IMG/VR virus record: IMGVR_UViG_3300023109_000011
Location: 1 to 64,000 of that record
DNA from: a virus
Direction: 5' to 3' (one strand)
Length of the DNA: 64,000 nucleotides
Shown here: piece by piece, positions 63,079-64,000 of the stretch
Position numbering within the stretch: position 1 is the first letter of the stretch
Layout of the letters: every line of letters starts with the position of its first letter
Notes under the pieces: model-generated
The model's database searches: none
What the model saw: the letters and a program-made list of their open reading frames with translations, nothing else
Told to the model about the DNA's origin: nothing
Made by a program: the position numbers and the translations under genes

Positions 63079-63498
63079 TTAAACAACGTCATCTTCTTCT
63101 GATTGTCCAAGTGTGAACGATAGGGTACTGTGAATCGCAAAGCTTACGGAAGCTGATGCTTGTAGTATGTCTCCAGTTTTTAGAAATTGACCGTTCAATG
63201 GCAAAGGAACTGTGTCATAAGCCGGAACAGGTAAATTTTTAACAATGTGGAAAAACTGGTTTTCTACGTTTCTATATATTTCAACATCAACAGTAACCGT
63301 GTTTGCAGTTGTGTTACACAGGAGCAATGGAGAAATAACTTCGCCAACACCCGGCTCAACAGTAGTACTACCACCAAAGACTAATTCAGGTACCTCATAG
63401 TTAGGTACATTCATTAATTCCTTCGCTGTAGTTTCAAGTATTAAACTACTGTATACCGGTTTCGCGTCTGGCGCCTGACTGGTAGTAATTGTTGCCAT
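63079..63498 (-). CDS. small virion structural protein (139 aa)
   Basis: AGGA RBS; beta-rich; L..GD.LQ.SA motif; between fibre genes. Confidence 0.7.
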   Translation of the reverse strand: MATITTSQAPDAKPVYSSLILETTAKELMNVPNYEVPELVFGGSTTVEPGVGEVISPLLLCNTTANTVTVDVEIYRNVENQFFHIVKNLPVPAYDTVPLPLNGQFLKTGDILQASASVSFAIHSTLSFTLGQSEEDDVV

Positions 63499-63513
63499 TT
63501 TTTTCTATCCTAT

Positions 63514-64000
63514 TTAAAGTGACGCTCTACTATTAGAAGCTCTTCTTGCAAGTTTTCTTACAGATGATGTAAATGGTCGTCCTTCAATTCGTCCTGTTCG
63601 ACCATTAATACGTAATCCTCTTGCGAAGTACTGGTTGTTCAATTCATCCGCACCTGACCATCTGATACGTCCACCATCTTCATTCAATACCGAAGCGATA
63701 GCAGAGATTGGCTGACCTAAGTTTCTAAAGTTCAGTGGCAATGCGTTTCTGTTAACACCTGCCGATGCACCGTTGAACTGGTGAGCAATGGATTCAACCA
63801 ACGATCCGAAGATCAATGTTTCTGGTCTTACCACGTTATCAATCAAACAATCATTAAACAATCCGGCAATCATTGCTGAGTGAGCCGCGTCAGGTGAAAG
63901 GTTACTAATCATGTAATCTCTCATTCGTTCCCATGCACCTACGAAGGAATCTAGAAGTTCAGTGTTATTAGGACCATCGTATCTCCAATCGTTGATTGTA
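63514..64000 (-). CDS. C-terminal part of a large structural protein (partial)
   Basis: Frame stays open from 63999 (TINDWRYDG...) through 63924; ends with EDGGRIRWSGADELNNQYFARGLRING.TGRIEGRPF, like the ends of marine T4-like fibre proteins. Confidence 0.75.
   Translation of the reverse strand, partial: TINDWRYDGPNNTELLDSFVGAWERMRDYMISNLSPDAAHSAMIAGLFNDCLIDNVVRPETLIFGSLVESIAHQFNGASAGVNRNALPLNFRNLGQPISAIASVLNEDGGRIRWSGADELNNQYFARGLRINGRTGRIEGRPFTSSVRKLARRASNSRASL

Noticed and set aside
1-64000. Stop-codon reassignment, tRNA genes or a prophage boundary
   Set aside because: TAA, TAG and TGA all end genes at sensible positions under the standard code; no cloverleaf, integrase or host genes were recognised

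Overview
This is a 64 kb segment of a T4-like (Tevenvirinae-type, probably marine) myophage genome; no host chromosome, rRNA, tRNA or CRISPR was seen. Bases 1-2619 (+) are small early-type ORFs behind a sigma70-like promoter, including a DenV-like pyrimidine-dimer glycosylase. Everything else is on the minus strand. In transcription order it holds: a very large tail-fibre/adhesin region (Gln-rich collagen fibre, 1376-aa, 1142-aa and ~3984-aa fibres, two with C-terminal S74 chaperones); an embedded block of tailoring enzymes (sulfotransferase, thioredoxin-like, DUF6065-like, flavin-dependent halogenase, GH130/GT91-like propeller, TPR-FkbM methyltransferase, cytidylyltransferase-cupin); an array of five paralogous fibre-adaptor domains, one fused to a terminal Hint domain; a 1476-aa Ig/Calx-like repeat protein; and the core morphogenesis genes gp13-14-15-(tagD-like)-16-17-18-19-20-(internal protein)-21-22-23, with T4-type TATAAATA late promoters. 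After the gp23 terminator there is a two-gene porin + PiT-family transporter unit preceded by a Pho-box-like 11-bp array and a structured leader. The best candidates for undescribed biology are (i) a virion/tail-fibre chemical modification system (sulfation, halogenation, glycosylation), (ii) a Pho-regulated porin+PiT phosphate uptake module, and (iii) a non-splicing terminal Hint domain on a fibre protein. All family assignments come from motif recognition by eye; no database searches were run.
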